A stretch of 64,000 bases of DNA from a bacterium (GTDB lineage Bacteria; UBA8248): contig OY843592.1 in NCBI GenBank assembly GCA_963692865.2, forward strand, positions 1,664,001-1,728,000, read 5' to 3'. Under the pieces are notes generated by a model. That model made no database searches. It saw nothing but the letters and a program-made list of their open reading frames with translations, and was not told the DNA's origin. Numbering within the stretch: the first letter of the stretch is position 1; each line of letters starts with the position of its first letter. This document shows, piece after piece, positions 32,539 through 42,096 of this stretch. The position numbers were made by a program, and so were the translations under genes.

Positions 32539-33640
32539 CGTTTTTCATACGGAAGCCTCCCCGGGCATGGGCGGACAGGAGAAGAGGATCCTGCTGGAGG
32601 CCGCTTCTCTCATCGAGCGCGGGCACGAGGTTCTGTTGATCGGGCAACCGGACGGCGAACTGAAGCGGGAGGCGGACGAGGCGGGGGTGCCGTTCGAGCC
32701 GGTGCGCATGAGCGCTTCCTGGGATATGTCGGCGTTGGGCCGACTTCTCAAGCTCATCCGCAAGCATCGCCCGGATTTGATTCATACGCACAGCAGCAGG
32801 GATTCCTGGCTCGGGGGCATCGCGGGCCGGATGTTCGGCGTGCCCGTGGTCCGCACCCGCCACGTATCCAGACCCGTGAGTTCACACGGACTGAACTGGG
32901 TGTATCGGCTTCCGCACCGGATCATGACGACGGCCGAACATATCCGCGACGTCCTGGTCGATGCGAGAGCATGTGCGCCCGAGCGAATCAAGGTGTTGCC
33001 GACGGGCGTGGATTTCCGGCGTTTTCGCGAGAATGTGTCCGGAGAGGGTTTCCGCGCGGAAATGGGGTTGATGAAAGATACCCCCGCCGTGGGAATGATG
33101 GCGCAACTCAGAAGCTACAAGGGACACGAATATATCCTGGCGGCGGCGCGATTGCTCAAAGACGAAGGGTGCGGCGCGCGGTTTTTCTTGGGAGGAGACG
33201 GGGAATCGCGAGGCGTGTACGAGGAGGAGGCGAGGCGCCTTGGCCTTTTGGACGGGACCGTCACTTTTATGGGATGGCGGGCGGACGTGCCCGAGATCAT
33301 GGCCGGTCTCGACGTGCTGGTGATAGCGTCTACGGGCACCGAGGGCGTTCCCCAGGTGGCCCTGCAGGCGATGGCCATGGGCCTTCCCGTCGTGGGCACC
33401 GACATCGGCGGCGTGACCGAAGTGCTGGCGCCGTCCGGCGCCGGGGTGATCGTGCCGCCTCAAGACCCCGCCGCTCTTGCGAACGGCATTCGGAGTTTGC
33501 TCCGCGCCCCGGCGCGCAGGGAAGAAATGGGTCGTTCGGGCCGGGAATATGTGCGCAGATGGTTTTCGCACGATAAAATGGTGGATGAAACGCTGGCTCT
33601 TTATGAGGAGACGATTTCATCGCGTGGCGGGCGAAGGTGA
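32525..33640 (+). CDS. GT4 glycosyltransferase
   Basis: GGQE, HTHS, KGH, EGVPQVALQAMAMGLPVV. Confidence 0.92.
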   Translation: MSALSVFHTEASPGMGGQEKRILLEAASLIERGHEVLLIGQPDGELKREADEAGVPFEPVRMSASWDMSALGRLLKLIRKHRPDLIHTHSSRDSWLGGIAGRMFGVPVVRTRHVSRPVSSHGLNWVYRLPHRIMTTAEHIRDVLVDARACAPERIKVLPTGVDFRRFRENVSGEGFRAEMGLMKDTPAVGMMAQLRSYKGHEYILAAARLLKDEGCGARFFLGGDGESRGVYEEEARRLGLLDGTVTFMGWRADVPEIMAGLDVLVIASTGTEGVPQVALQAMAMGLPVVGTDIGGVTEVLAPSGAGVIVPPQDPAALANGIRSLLRAPARREEMGRSGREYVRRWFSHDKMVDETLALYEETISSRGGRR

Positions 33641-33780
33641 GTTTCCCTGCGTCTTGAGCCGCCTTTGAGCCCCGGGGAATTGCAAAGCGAGCGAAGAAAC
33701 TCCATCGCCGCGCGCGGCGCCGAAGGGACGTGTCCTGACGCCGTCGGCGGGCCCGGTTTGAATTTTGAAGAGGATTCCGG

Positions 33781-35568
33781 ATGAGCCGCACCCAGGTTTA
33801 TCTCAGACTCTTGAAGTATTTGCGCCCGTACCGGCTTCGGTTCGGCGTCGCCGTCGCCTGCACGGTCATTGTGGGCGGCCTGAATGCGTATCCCGCTTAT
33901 CTCGTGCAGCACGTCATCAATGACATTTTGATCTCGAAGCGCTCCGGCATCGTCTTTTTGGTTTGTCTGTCTCTGGTCATCGTCTATGTGACGAAAGGCA
34001 TCGCCGCTTATTTCCAGAATTATTTCATGCACTGGGTCGGTCAGCACGTGGTGATGGATATCAGAAACGAGCTCCACCGGCATCTTCTTCATTTGCCGCT
34101 TCGGTTTTTCGAGATGAAGACGACCGGAGAACTGATGTCGAAAGTCATTTACGACATCTCCCTGATGCAGAATGCGGCGACGAATTCCGTGCGGGATTTG
34201 CTCCGGCACGGGTTCACCTTCATCGCCTTGCTTGGCGTGGCGGTTTACCAGAGTCCCCGAATGGCGGTGATATTCATCGTCATCATTCCATTGGTGACGT
34301 TCTTGGCCGTGGCGATGGGAGAAAAGATTCGCCGGATAACGCGGAGAAGCCAGGCGCGCATGGGCGACATGAGCAGCCTGATGAAGGAAACCTATGCTGG
34401 CATTCGAGTCGTCAAGGCCTTTGGAGCGGAAGATGAGGAGGAGAGCCGTTTCGCGCGCGTCACCCGGTCGTTTTTCGACACCATCATGCGGGCCATGCGG
34501 GTCCGCTCGCTGGCGCCTCCGATTGTGGAGATCATCGGTGGAATTTTGGGGGCGGGGATTTTGTGGTTCGGCGCCCAGTCGGTCATCTATGGAAGCATGG
34601 ATCCGGGCAAGCTGACGAGTTTCGCGGTCGCCTTGGGGATGGCCTACAGCCCGCTGAAATCCTTTACCAGCGTGTTTCATAGCCTGGTGGAAGGAATTGC
34701 GGGTGGCCAATCCGTCTTCGAAATAATGGATGAGCATGCGCACGAGGAGAAGAACCCGGCGGGCGAGGTGATGGAGCGGCTTTCCCGGCATATCCGGTTC
34801 GAGGGCGTGCATTTTTCCTATTCGGACGAAGCGACGTTGGAGGGTATCGACGTAGAGGCGCCTGCGGGTTGCACCCTGGCCGTCGTGGGAATGAGCGGCG
34901 CGGGAAAAAGCACGCTGCTGGATTTGATTCCGCGTTTTTATCTGCCCGCACGGGGGAGCATTCTCTTTGACGGAAAAGAGGCGTCCCTGTATTCGCTGGA
35001 CAGCTTGCGCGCCCAGATAGCCGTGGTGACCCAGCAGGTGATCCTGTTTAACGACACGGCGGCGAACAACATCGCCTATGGTGTCGAGGGACCCGTCGAC
35101 CGTGAAGAAATCATCTCCGCGGCGAAGGCGGCCAACGCCCATGATTTCATCGTGGAGCTTCAAAACGGGTATGAGACCATGCTGGGAGAGGAGGGGGTGC
35201 GTCTTTCCGGCGGTGAGCGCCAGCGCATCGCCATCGCCCGCGCTATTTTGCGGGACCCCTCCATTCTATTGCTCGACGAAGCCACGAGCGCGCTCGACAC
35301 GGAGAGTGAGCAGTTGATTCAGGACGCGCTCGTGCCCTTGATGGAGGGCCGCACGACGATCGTGGTGGCCCATAGGCTCTCCACCGTCCGAAACGCCGAT
35401 TTGATCATCGTGCTGGATGAAGGGCGAATCGTGGAGAGGGGGACGCACGATGAGTTGATGAAACGGGGCGGTTTGTACCGAAGACTCTACGAGATGCAGT
35501 TCGCGGGCGAGGAGATGTCCCTCTCCGCTCAAGTCGCCGGCGCGACGACCGGCGGGAGCGCGTCGTAG
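33781..35568 (+). CDS. msbA: Lipid A flippase, MsbA-like ABC transporter
   Basis: 6-TM domain, GMSGAGKST, LSGGERQR, LDEATSALD. Confidence 0.92.
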   Translation: MSRTQVYLRLLKYLRPYRLRFGVAVACTVIVGGLNAYPAYLVQHVINDILISKRSGIVFLVCLSLVIVYVTKGIAAYFQNYFMHWVGQHVVMDIRNELHRHLLHLPLRFFEMKTTGELMSKVIYDISLMQNAATNSVRDLLRHGFTFIALLGVAVYQSPRMAVIFIVIIPLVTFLAVAMGEKIRRITRRSQARMGDMSSLMKETYAGIRVVKAFGAEDEEESRFARVTRSFFDTIMRAMRVRSLAPPIVEIIGGILGAGILWFGAQSVIYGSMDPGKLTSFAVALGMAYSPLKSFTSVFHSLVEGIAGGQSVFEIMDEHAHEEKNPAGEVMERLSRHIRFEGVHFSYSDEATLEGIDVEAPAGCTLAVVGMSGAGKSTLLDLIPRFYLPARGSILFDGKEASLYSLDSLRAQIAVVTQQVILFNDTAANNIAYGVEGPVDREEIISAAKAANAHDFIVELQNGYETMLGEEGVRLSGGERQRIAIARAILRDPSILLLDEATSALDTESEQLIQDALVPLMEGRTTIVVAHRLSTVRNADLIIVLDEGRIVERGTHDELMKRGGLYRRLYEMQFAGEEMSLSAQVAGATTGGSAS

Positions 35569-35590
35569 GGTTGTTTGCACGAGGGACGAT

Positions 35591-35770
35591 ATGACCGGAT
35601 GAAAGATGGGTCCCGCCGCCCGCACCCGGTTTCGGGAACGCGGGGTTCTATCCCGGCTGGTCGATGAGGCGCAGGCGTTCTCTATGGATGATCGGCCGCA
35701 AGAACGCTGCCCGGGACGGCGGAGTGCTTTGTGGAATCAAGGTCCGGAAATAGGCTTATGCGTGAGCTGA
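35591..35770 (+). pseudogene. Probable scar of a deleted GT4 glycosyltransferase
   Basis: RBS and ATG, then MTG*KMGPAARTRFRERGVLSRLVDEAQAF; resembles the tail of the neighbouring GT4 (EMGRSGREYVRRWFSHDKMVDETLALY). Confidence 0.45.
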
Positions 35771-37060
35771 GAGACTTTTTCACGGAACTGGGAGAACGCT
35801 TCAGGAGACGTTCTCCTCCTTCCCGGGTGGCGTTCGGCGGTCTTTTCGGTTTCGCCGTCTGCGCTCCGTTCTCGATATCACTCGCTCAGATTTGCGTGTT
35901 CACCGCCGTGGCGGCGTGGCTGGGTTCCATGACCAGGGCGGCCCCCTTGCTGACCCAGAAATTTCCGTTGTGGAAGCCTTGGCTCCTTTTCGCGCTGTTG
36001 ACTTTCGCCAGCGCCTTTCAAGCGCCCGATTCGGTCGACCCAGAAATTTCCGTTGTGGAAGCCTTGGCTCCTTTTCGCGCTGTTGACTTTCGCCAGCGCC
36101 TTTCAAGCGCCCGATTCGGTCGAAAGTCTCATCGAAGCGAGAGAATTGACGCAAATCATGATTTTCTATCTGGCCGTGAACGTCGTTCGAGATGACAGGG
36201 AAGCGCTTTGGCTGATGAAGGCGCTCTTCGCGGCCACGAGCGTTACCGCCTTGTACGCCCTGGGAGTTTCGTTGCAGGGAACCCTGTCGCTGGCAAATCG
36301 CGCCTCGGGTTTTTTCAGCATATACATGACGTTCGGCGGTTTCTTGCTTGTCGTCGGCGTCTTGGCGCTTTCCTATATCTTTGTGCCGACTCGGGAACGC
36401 AAGAGCGTATGGATATATGCGGCGACCCTGCTGATCCTCACCGCATTGCTGACGACTTTGAGCCGCAACGCCTGGGTCGGACTTGCCGTCGGGACGGCGG
36501 TCGTCGCCGTGGCCGGCCGGCGCAAGAGGGCGGTTTTGTGTCTGGCGGCGGCGGTGCTGGTGGTTCTCATGGCGCCTCACTCCATCCGTGAGCGCGTGAA
36601 GAGCATCCTGAATCCCCGGGACGAAACGGCCGTGGAGCGGATATACATGTGGAAGAGCGGCATCGAAATGCTGATGGACAAGAAACTCCTCGGTTTCGGG
36701 CCCGGGCAAGTCAAGGACAATTACGCCCGGTATGCGAACCCCGAGGCGGCCAGGAAATCTGCGGCCCACTTGCACAACAACATCGTTCATTTGGCCGCCG
36801 AGCGGGGAGTTTTTGCGTTGGGCGCCTGGATTTGGGCCTGGGCCGGGTATTTCCTCTTGGTGATTCGGCGAATTCGGGATACAAGGGACGCGCCTTTCGG
36901 AACACGATTTCGCATGGTGGGCGGCTTGGCCGCGGCAGCGGGCTTCTTAAGCGCCGGGATGTTCGAATACAACTTTGGAGATTCCGAGGTGGTGATGCTC
37001 ATTTTCGTGGCGACCGCCTTGCCGTTCATGGGCGGGACGAGCGAGGTTCATTCGGAATAA
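35758..37060 (+). pseudogene. waaL: O-antigen ligase family gene frameshifted by an 85-bp tandem duplication
   Basis: TLSRNAW, GFGPG, HLHN..AERG Wzy_C motifs; removing one copy of 35952-36036/36037-36121 gives one 405-aa ORF. Confidence 0.85.
35952..36121. repeat. Exact 85-bp tandem duplication
   Basis: GACCCAGAAATTTCC...CCCGATTCGGTC present twice, head to tail. Confidence 0.97.
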
Positions 37061-37079
37061 AACGATATGTGCTGCAGGC

Positions 37080-38261
37080 TTACCGGAAGCGGAACAAAGA
37101 TTGAAAAAAGCCCAGTTTTTTGACCGGTTCGGCGGCAACCAGATCGGCTCCGCCGAGTTTATCGCCCCTCAGTTCATACGTGACGCGGCCCACCTTTTGG
37201 CCGGTGCGGACGGGTGCGGTTATCTCTTCAGGCAACTCCAGTTTCATGGATATACGCTTTTCTTCACCTCTCTTGACCAATGCCTCGACGCTTTCTTTGA
37301 GCCGGATGCGAACCGTTCGTTTCTGGCCCTTCCGCACCTTGATTTGCAGGCGTTTCGGTTTTTTGCTTCTGCTCAGATCGACCCGGCGAAATTGGGTGAA
37401 CCCCCATGCGAGCAAACGCCTGGCCTCTCTGAATCGGTGTTTGGAGTGGCTCGATCCCATCACGACGGCGATGAGCCTTAAATTTTTGCGTTCGGCCGTG
37501 GCGACGATGCTGAACCCCGCTCGTCGGTAATAGCCCGTTTTGAGGCCGTCCAACCCGCGAAACCGCCCCAAGAGACGGTTCGTGTTGGTCAGGGTGAAGC
37601 TCCCGTTGCGGAAAGGAGCGTTCTTGGTGGCGCTCCATTTCATGATGAGTGGATATTTTATCAACTCGCGGGCGAGAATGCCGGCGTCGCGCGCGCTCAT
37701 CTGGTTGGCCGGTTTCTTTCTGCCGGGAGGCAGCCCGTTGACGTTGACGAAACGGGTGTCCTCCATGCCGAGTTCTTTGGCGCGCTGGTTCATCAACTCG
37801 ACGAAAACTTCGATGTCTCCGGCGATGTGTTCCGCCACGGCGTAGGATGAATCGTTTGCGGAACTGATGATGATGGATTTCATCAAATCTCTCAGAGAAA
37901 ATTTCTCTCCTTGCTTCAAATACACCTGCTGGCCTCCGATCCGTGAGGCGCGTCTGCTGGTGGTGATAATTTCATCGAGATGGATGGCGTTTCTTTGAAT
38001 TTGTTCCATGGCGATTAAAGCGGTCATCATTTTCACGATGGAGGCGGGTTGCGTGCCCAGCCGCTCGTTTTTTGCTTTCAGTACTCGCCCCGTATTCGCT
38101 TCCATCAAAAGAATCGAGCGATATGGTATCACCGCTTTGCGGGATTTTTTTCGGCGCGCGGAAGCCGCATCGACGCCGAACGTGAGAGAACATGTGAACA
38201 ACAATGCGAACGTGATGATGGCAAGGCGGAACCGCCGGCCGAGTCCCGAATCGAAAAACAT
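37080..38261 (-). CDS. D-alanyl-D-alanine carboxypeptidase (peptidase S11)
   Basis: PASIVKMMT (SxxK), SAND (SxN), KTG, PBP5 C-terminal domain. Confidence 0.93.
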   Translation of the reverse strand: MFFDSGLGRRFRLAIITFALLFTCSLTFGVDAASARRKKSRKAVIPYRSILLMEANTGRVLKAKNERLGTQPASIVKMMTALIAMEQIQRNAIHLDEIITTSRRASRIGGQQVYLKQGEKFSLRDLMKSIIISSANDSSYAVAEHIAGDIEVFVELMNQRAKELGMEDTRFVNVNGLPPGRKKPANQMSARDAGILARELIKYPLIMKWSATKNAPFRNGSFTLTNTNRLLGRFRGLDGLKTGYYRRAGFSIVATAERKNLRLIAVVMGSSHSKHRFREARRLLAWGFTQFRRVDLSRSKKPKRLQIKVRKGQKRTVRIRLKESVEALVKRGEEKRISMKLELPEEITAPVRTGQKVGRVTYELRGDKLGGADLVAAEPVKKLGFFQSLFRFR

Positions 38262-38433
38262 GCGCTTCCCTTATATTTTTCCAGGCGGGTTGGGTGGATT
38301 TCGTGACGAGTCCAGCGGATGATGGCTGATCCATTGGACTCCAGCCAATTAAAAACTTTTTCCTTGCGTTTGTCAAAATGAGTTGATTTTAAGGCGGTTG
38401 GATACCCGTTCCGATGCTTATGTCTTTGTATAT

Positions 38434-38578
38434 GATGGTGATGACGCGATCCGCGCCTCACCCTTCCATTCCAATTCTTGCGTCCGTCCGGTTGCTCTGA
38501 TAGGATTTGCGTTACCGAAGGGGTACTGGAGCGGATCCTCGGTTCACAGTGGTGACGCACGTCAATCGCGCTCCATCC
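38434..38578 (+). ncRNA. Candidate structured RNA (rod with central bubble, 6S-like) or dapA leader
   Basis: Manual pairing GATGG/CCATC, GCGAT/ATCGC, TCACC/GGTGA, bubble, GTCCG/CGGAT, TCCGGT/ACTGGA; G-U pairs favour the + strand. Confidence 0.4.
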
Positions 38579-38637
38579 AAAATAGGGTATGACATTCTTT
38601 TTTGCCGCCATGGGCGGAAGGAGAAGGAGGTCTTCTC

Positions 38638-39531
38638 ATGTTCAAGGGTTCTTATGTCGCGATGGTGACCCCGTTCCGCGACGGAAAGCTCGACGAAGGG
38701 GGCATTCGCTCTCTGGTGGAATTTCATGTTGAAAACGGAACGCACGGGATTGTAGCGTGTGGAACCACGGGAGAGTCCGCCACGCTGAGCCACGAAGAGC
38801 ACGACCGGGTAGTTGAATTGGTGATCGAACAAGTCGATGGAAGAATCCCGGTCATCGCCGGTTCCGGTTCGAACAGCACCGCGGAGGCCGTTCAGCGCAC
38901 CCAATTCGCCATGCGGGCCGGCGCGGACGGCGCGCTCCTTGTGGCGCCTTACTACAACAAACCCACGCAGGAGGGGCTTTACCGGCATTTCCGTGCGATC
39001 GCGGAATCGGCGGACATCCCGATCGTTCTCTACAACGTGCCGGGCCGCACGGTGGTGCAGATAGCCCCCGACACGGTGGCGCGCCTCTCGGAGATTCCCA
39101 ACATCGTCGGCATCAAGGAAGCGACCGGCAATCTGGCGAATTGCTGCGACATCGTATCCCGCGTCCCGGACGATTTCATCGTGCTTTCAGGCGACGATTT
39201 CGTCACGCTGCCGATGATGGCGATGGGCGGCGTGGGCACGATTTCCGTCACGGCGAACGTGGCGCCCGCGGACGTGGCCCGGATGTGTCAGGCCCAGCTC
39301 GATGGGGATACCGCCACGGCGAAAGCGCTGCACTACAAGATGTGGGAACTCAACCACATGATGTTCTGCGAGACGAACCCGATTCCGGCGAAGGCGACCC
39401 TGGCTATCATGGGGCGCATTGCGCTCGAATACAGACTGCCGCTCTGCGAGCCGTCAGACGCCAACATGAGCAAACTGGAGGCGTTCGCCAGGGAATACGG
39501 ACTGGTCGAAGAAGCGGTGGCGGCGACGTAA
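38638..39531 (+). CDS. dapA: 4-hydroxy-tetrahydrodipicolinate synthase
   Basis: GTTGES, PYYNKP, YNVPGRT, GIKEA, SGDD, ETNPIP; AAGGAGG RBS. Confidence 0.97.
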   Translation: MFKGSYVAMVTPFRDGKLDEGGIRSLVEFHVENGTHGIVACGTTGESATLSHEEHDRVVELVIEQVDGRIPVIAGSGSNSTAEAVQRTQFAMRAGADGALLVAPYYNKPTQEGLYRHFRAIAESADIPIVLYNVPGRTVVQIAPDTVARLSEIPNIVGIKEATGNLANCCDIVSRVPDDFIVLSGDDFVTLPMMAMGGVGTISVTANVAPADVARMCQAQLDGDTATAKALHYKMWELNHMMFCETNPIPAKATLAIMGRIALEYRLPLCEPSDANMSKLEAFAREYGLVEEAVAAT

Positions 39532-39558
39532 AACTACACAGAACGACAGCATCGCAAT

Positions 39559-39599
39559 AAAGAGCGGGAGCGGCGAATGCTCCCGCTCTTTTCGTTTTT
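39559..39599 (+). terminator. Intrinsic terminator, probably bidirectional
   Basis: AAAGAGCGGGAGC-loop-GCTCCCGCTCTTT plus T tract, between convergent genes. Confidence 0.9.
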
Positions 39600-39604
39600 G
39601 ATGC

Positions 39605-40483
39605 TTATTCTTCCAGCCCGAGGACCTTGAGAGCGTTTCCGCCGAACCAGAGTCGTTTCACGTCGTCTTTGAGCGGGAACTTCTCGAACTCGGCCAGACT
39701 TTCCCCTGGGCTGATCATCGGCCAGTTCGAGGCCCACAGAATCTTGTTCTTGAGCACCGAGTTCCCGTAGCGGATCAGGGGCTCCCAGCCGGTGTCGGGC
39801 GTGGCGATGTATTTGGGCATCGTGCCGCTGACTTCGATGTACAGATTGGGGTGCCGCCAGCTTACGGCGATCATCTCCAGTATCCACGGCCAGCCCCCGT
39901 GCACCGCCACGATGCGGAGTTCGGGAAAGTCCCTCGCCACCTCGTCCAGGTAGATCGGACGCCCGAAATCGAGCAGATTCGAACTGGAGAGATTCATCGA
40001 GGTGTGAAGCAAGACGGGGATGTCCAGTTCCACGCATTTGGCGTAAATGGGGTAGAATTTCTTGTCGTTCGCATGGAGCCCGAGTTCCCAAGGCCCCATG
40101 TTCACGCCCCGGAGTCCATACTCCTTCACTTCGCGCTCCAAATCGCGCAGCGCGTCCATGCCGCGAAACGGGTCGCAACCAGCGGTTCCAATCAGGCGGT
40201 CCGGGTAATCCTTGATGTATTCGCGCAGAACGTCGGCGGGAAATTTCGTGCCCGAGACCGTCGTCATGTCGGAAGTCTTGATCACGGCCTTGTCCACCCC
40301 TTGTTCGTCCAGGAAGGCGACGAACTCCTCAGGCTTCATGTAGCGGTGTTCTTCCTCGTTGCCGAACACCCTTTCCCCATAGTGCCTGGCGTAGTCGGCA
40401 AGTCGGCCCGTCGGTTTCAAATACCTGTCCAGACCCTCGGGAATGGGGCATGAGACTCTGAAATCGATGATGGGTGTCGGCAT
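39605..40483 (-). CDS. Amidohydrolase_2 family protein
   Basis: YPIYAKCVELDIPVLLH, FPELRIVAVHGGWPW, ILWASNWP, GGNA. Confidence 0.9.
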   Translation of the reverse strand: MPTPIIDFRVSCPIPEGLDRYLKPTGRLADYARHYGERVFGNEEEHRYMKPEEFVAFLDEQGVDKAVIKTSDMTTVSGTKFPADVLREYIKDYPDRLIGTAGCDPFRGMDALRDLEREVKEYGLRGVNMGPWELGLHANDKKFYPIYAKCVELDIPVLLHTSMNLSSSNLLDFGRPIYLDEVARDFPELRIVAVHGGWPWILEMIAVSWRHPNLYIEVSGTMPKYIATPDTGWEPLIRYGNSVLKNKILWASNWPMISPGESLAEFEKFPLKDDVKRLWFGGNALKVLGLEE

Positions 40484-40633
40484 TCGCAGGCTCCGTGAAA
40501 TAAGAACTATATATGGGTACAGAGTACCTCAGGACGCCCGTTACCGGATAGCCGGGAAGGGAGAAGCCCGCTCCCTCGCCAGAGGGATTCGAATCCTTTA
40601 TCCTCTTTTTCATTTTAAGGCTTGGAAATTTCC

Positions 40634-41902
40634 ATGACGCAGCGCGGCGAAACGTCAACCCGATGGCTTTGGGCGATTTGCGCGGCCCAGGTGCCGATGA
40701 TGTTCGTCTACGCGAACTACGTGGCGGCGCTTCCGCTGTTCAAGACGGAATGGAATCTCACGAACGTGCAGGCCGGCACGATTTATACGGCGTTCTACGT
40801 GGGCTACATCCTCGCCTCCGCCGTTTTGGCGACCGCGACGGACTACATGAGCGCGAAAAAGATATATCTGGCCTCGAGCCTTTGGCTCGCGCTCCTGAAT
40901 TTCATGTTTCCCCTCCTGGCGGATGGTTTCATCAGCGCATCGGTGTTTCGCGCCCTCACGGGCGTGGGACTGGCCGGCACCTATGCGCCTGCGCTTCGGC
41001 TGGTGGCCGAATACGCCCCGCCGGGGAGGCGCGCCCGGATGGTCGGGGTGTATACGTTCTTTTACACCGTGGGCGTCGCCACGTCGATTTACGTGACGGG
41101 CGCGCTCGTCGCGAATTTCGAATGGCGCGCGGCGTTCGCGTTGACCTCTCTGGGGCCCGCCGCCGGTTTTCTGGCCATGGTGTTTCTGCTTCCCTCCCTG
41201 CCTTCACCGAGGGGGGATGGAGACGCCGGGTTTGAATTGCCCAGGCTTCCGGCGCCGGTGTGGGTGCTCATGGGCGTTGCGGGCGCGCACCGGTGGGAGG
41301 TGTTCGCATTCAGGGGCTGGATAGTCACCTTTCTGGCGGCTTCTTTGGTGATGACGGGAGCAGAAACGCGCGAGAGCGCCCTCCACGTCGCCTCCGCGTC
41401 CGCCGCGTTGATCATCGGACTGAGTGCGGTTTCTAAGCTGATCGGCGGCTGGTGCGCCGATCGCATCGGCAGGCCGCCCACGATAATCGCGAGCCTGTTC
41501 CTGAGCGGGCTGATTTCGGCTTTCATCGGGCTCGCTTTCGGGGCGCCGTTCGCCATATTGCAGATTCTTTGCCTGGTCTGGGTGATCGTGATGCACGTGG
41601 ACGCCCCCGTGCTGGTGGTCTTGACCACGGAACTCACGCCCAGACGCCACCTCGGCTCTGCGCTGGGCATTCAGTCAGGGTTGGGCTTTCTTCTGGGTTC
41701 TCTCGCGCCCATGGTGGTGGGGAAATTCCTGGACATGAGCAACGACTCGACTGATGGCGCGCTGCCCGTGAACTGGGACTGGGCGTTCATCGGACCGGGA
41801 GTCGTAGCTATGCTGGGAGCCGTCGCCACGATTTTCGTCGCCCGGCGTTTCATTGCCGCCGAAAAGCCGCCGGAGGGTGAAGCAGAGGCTTCACGGCCAT
41901 GA
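40634..41902 (+). CDS. MFS transporter
   Basis: About 12 hydrophobic segments, GWCADRIGR motif A, RALTGVGLAGTY. Confidence 0.9.
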   Translation: MTQRGETSTRWLWAICAAQVPMMFVYANYVAALPLFKTEWNLTNVQAGTIYTAFYVGYILASAVLATATDYMSAKKIYLASSLWLALLNFMFPLLADGFISASVFRALTGVGLAGTYAPALRLVAEYAPPGRRARMVGVYTFFYTVGVATSIYVTGALVANFEWRAAFALTSLGPAAGFLAMVFLLPSLPSPRGDGDAGFELPRLPAPVWVLMGVAGAHRWEVFAFRGWIVTFLAASLVMTGAETRESALHVASASAALIIGLSAVSKLIGGWCADRIGRPPTIIASLFLSGLISAFIGLAFGAPFAILQILCLVWVIVMHVDAPVLVVLTTELTPRRHLGSALGIQSGLGFLLGSLAPMVVGKFLDMSNDSTDGALPVNWDWAFIGPGVVAMLGAVATIFVARRFIAAEKPPEGEAEASRP

Positions 41903-41946
41903 TCCCATACGCTCGTCATGCGGTTCTATCCTACGATTTCATATGC

Positions 41947-41974
41947 TTGACGATGCGCTCAGTTTTGATATGAT
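41947..41974 (+). promoter_or_regulatory. sigma70 promoter of the ABC operon
   Basis: TTGACG, 16-bp spacer, extended -10 TGaTATGAT. Confidence 0.6.
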
Positions 41975-42096
41975 TCGCCTCACCTTTGAAACGCATCTTA
42001 CATATTGGCTGGCGGGTGGATAGAACCTAAGCTGAAGATTCTTGAAACTGAGATTCTTCGCACTCTTTTGGACTGCTACTTAACGAGCAGAGGAGA

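Noticed and set aside
676-35163. Long antisense ORFs (e.g. 2724-4664, 7735-9264, 11147-13609, 33601-35163)
   Set aside because: Shadow frames of well-supported genes in GC-rich DNA; no recognisable motifs.
38380-38637. Lysine riboswitch upstream of dapA
   Set aside because: No AGAGGUGC-type motif or five-way junction is recognisable; kept only as an unassigned structured RNA.
40560-40605. tRNA-like GGATTCGAATCC and small hairpins between the amidohydrolase and MFS genes (possible selC or tRNA remnant)
   Set aside because: No G before TTC, no 5-bp T stem, no acceptor stem and no UCA anticodon arm; only a short palindrome.
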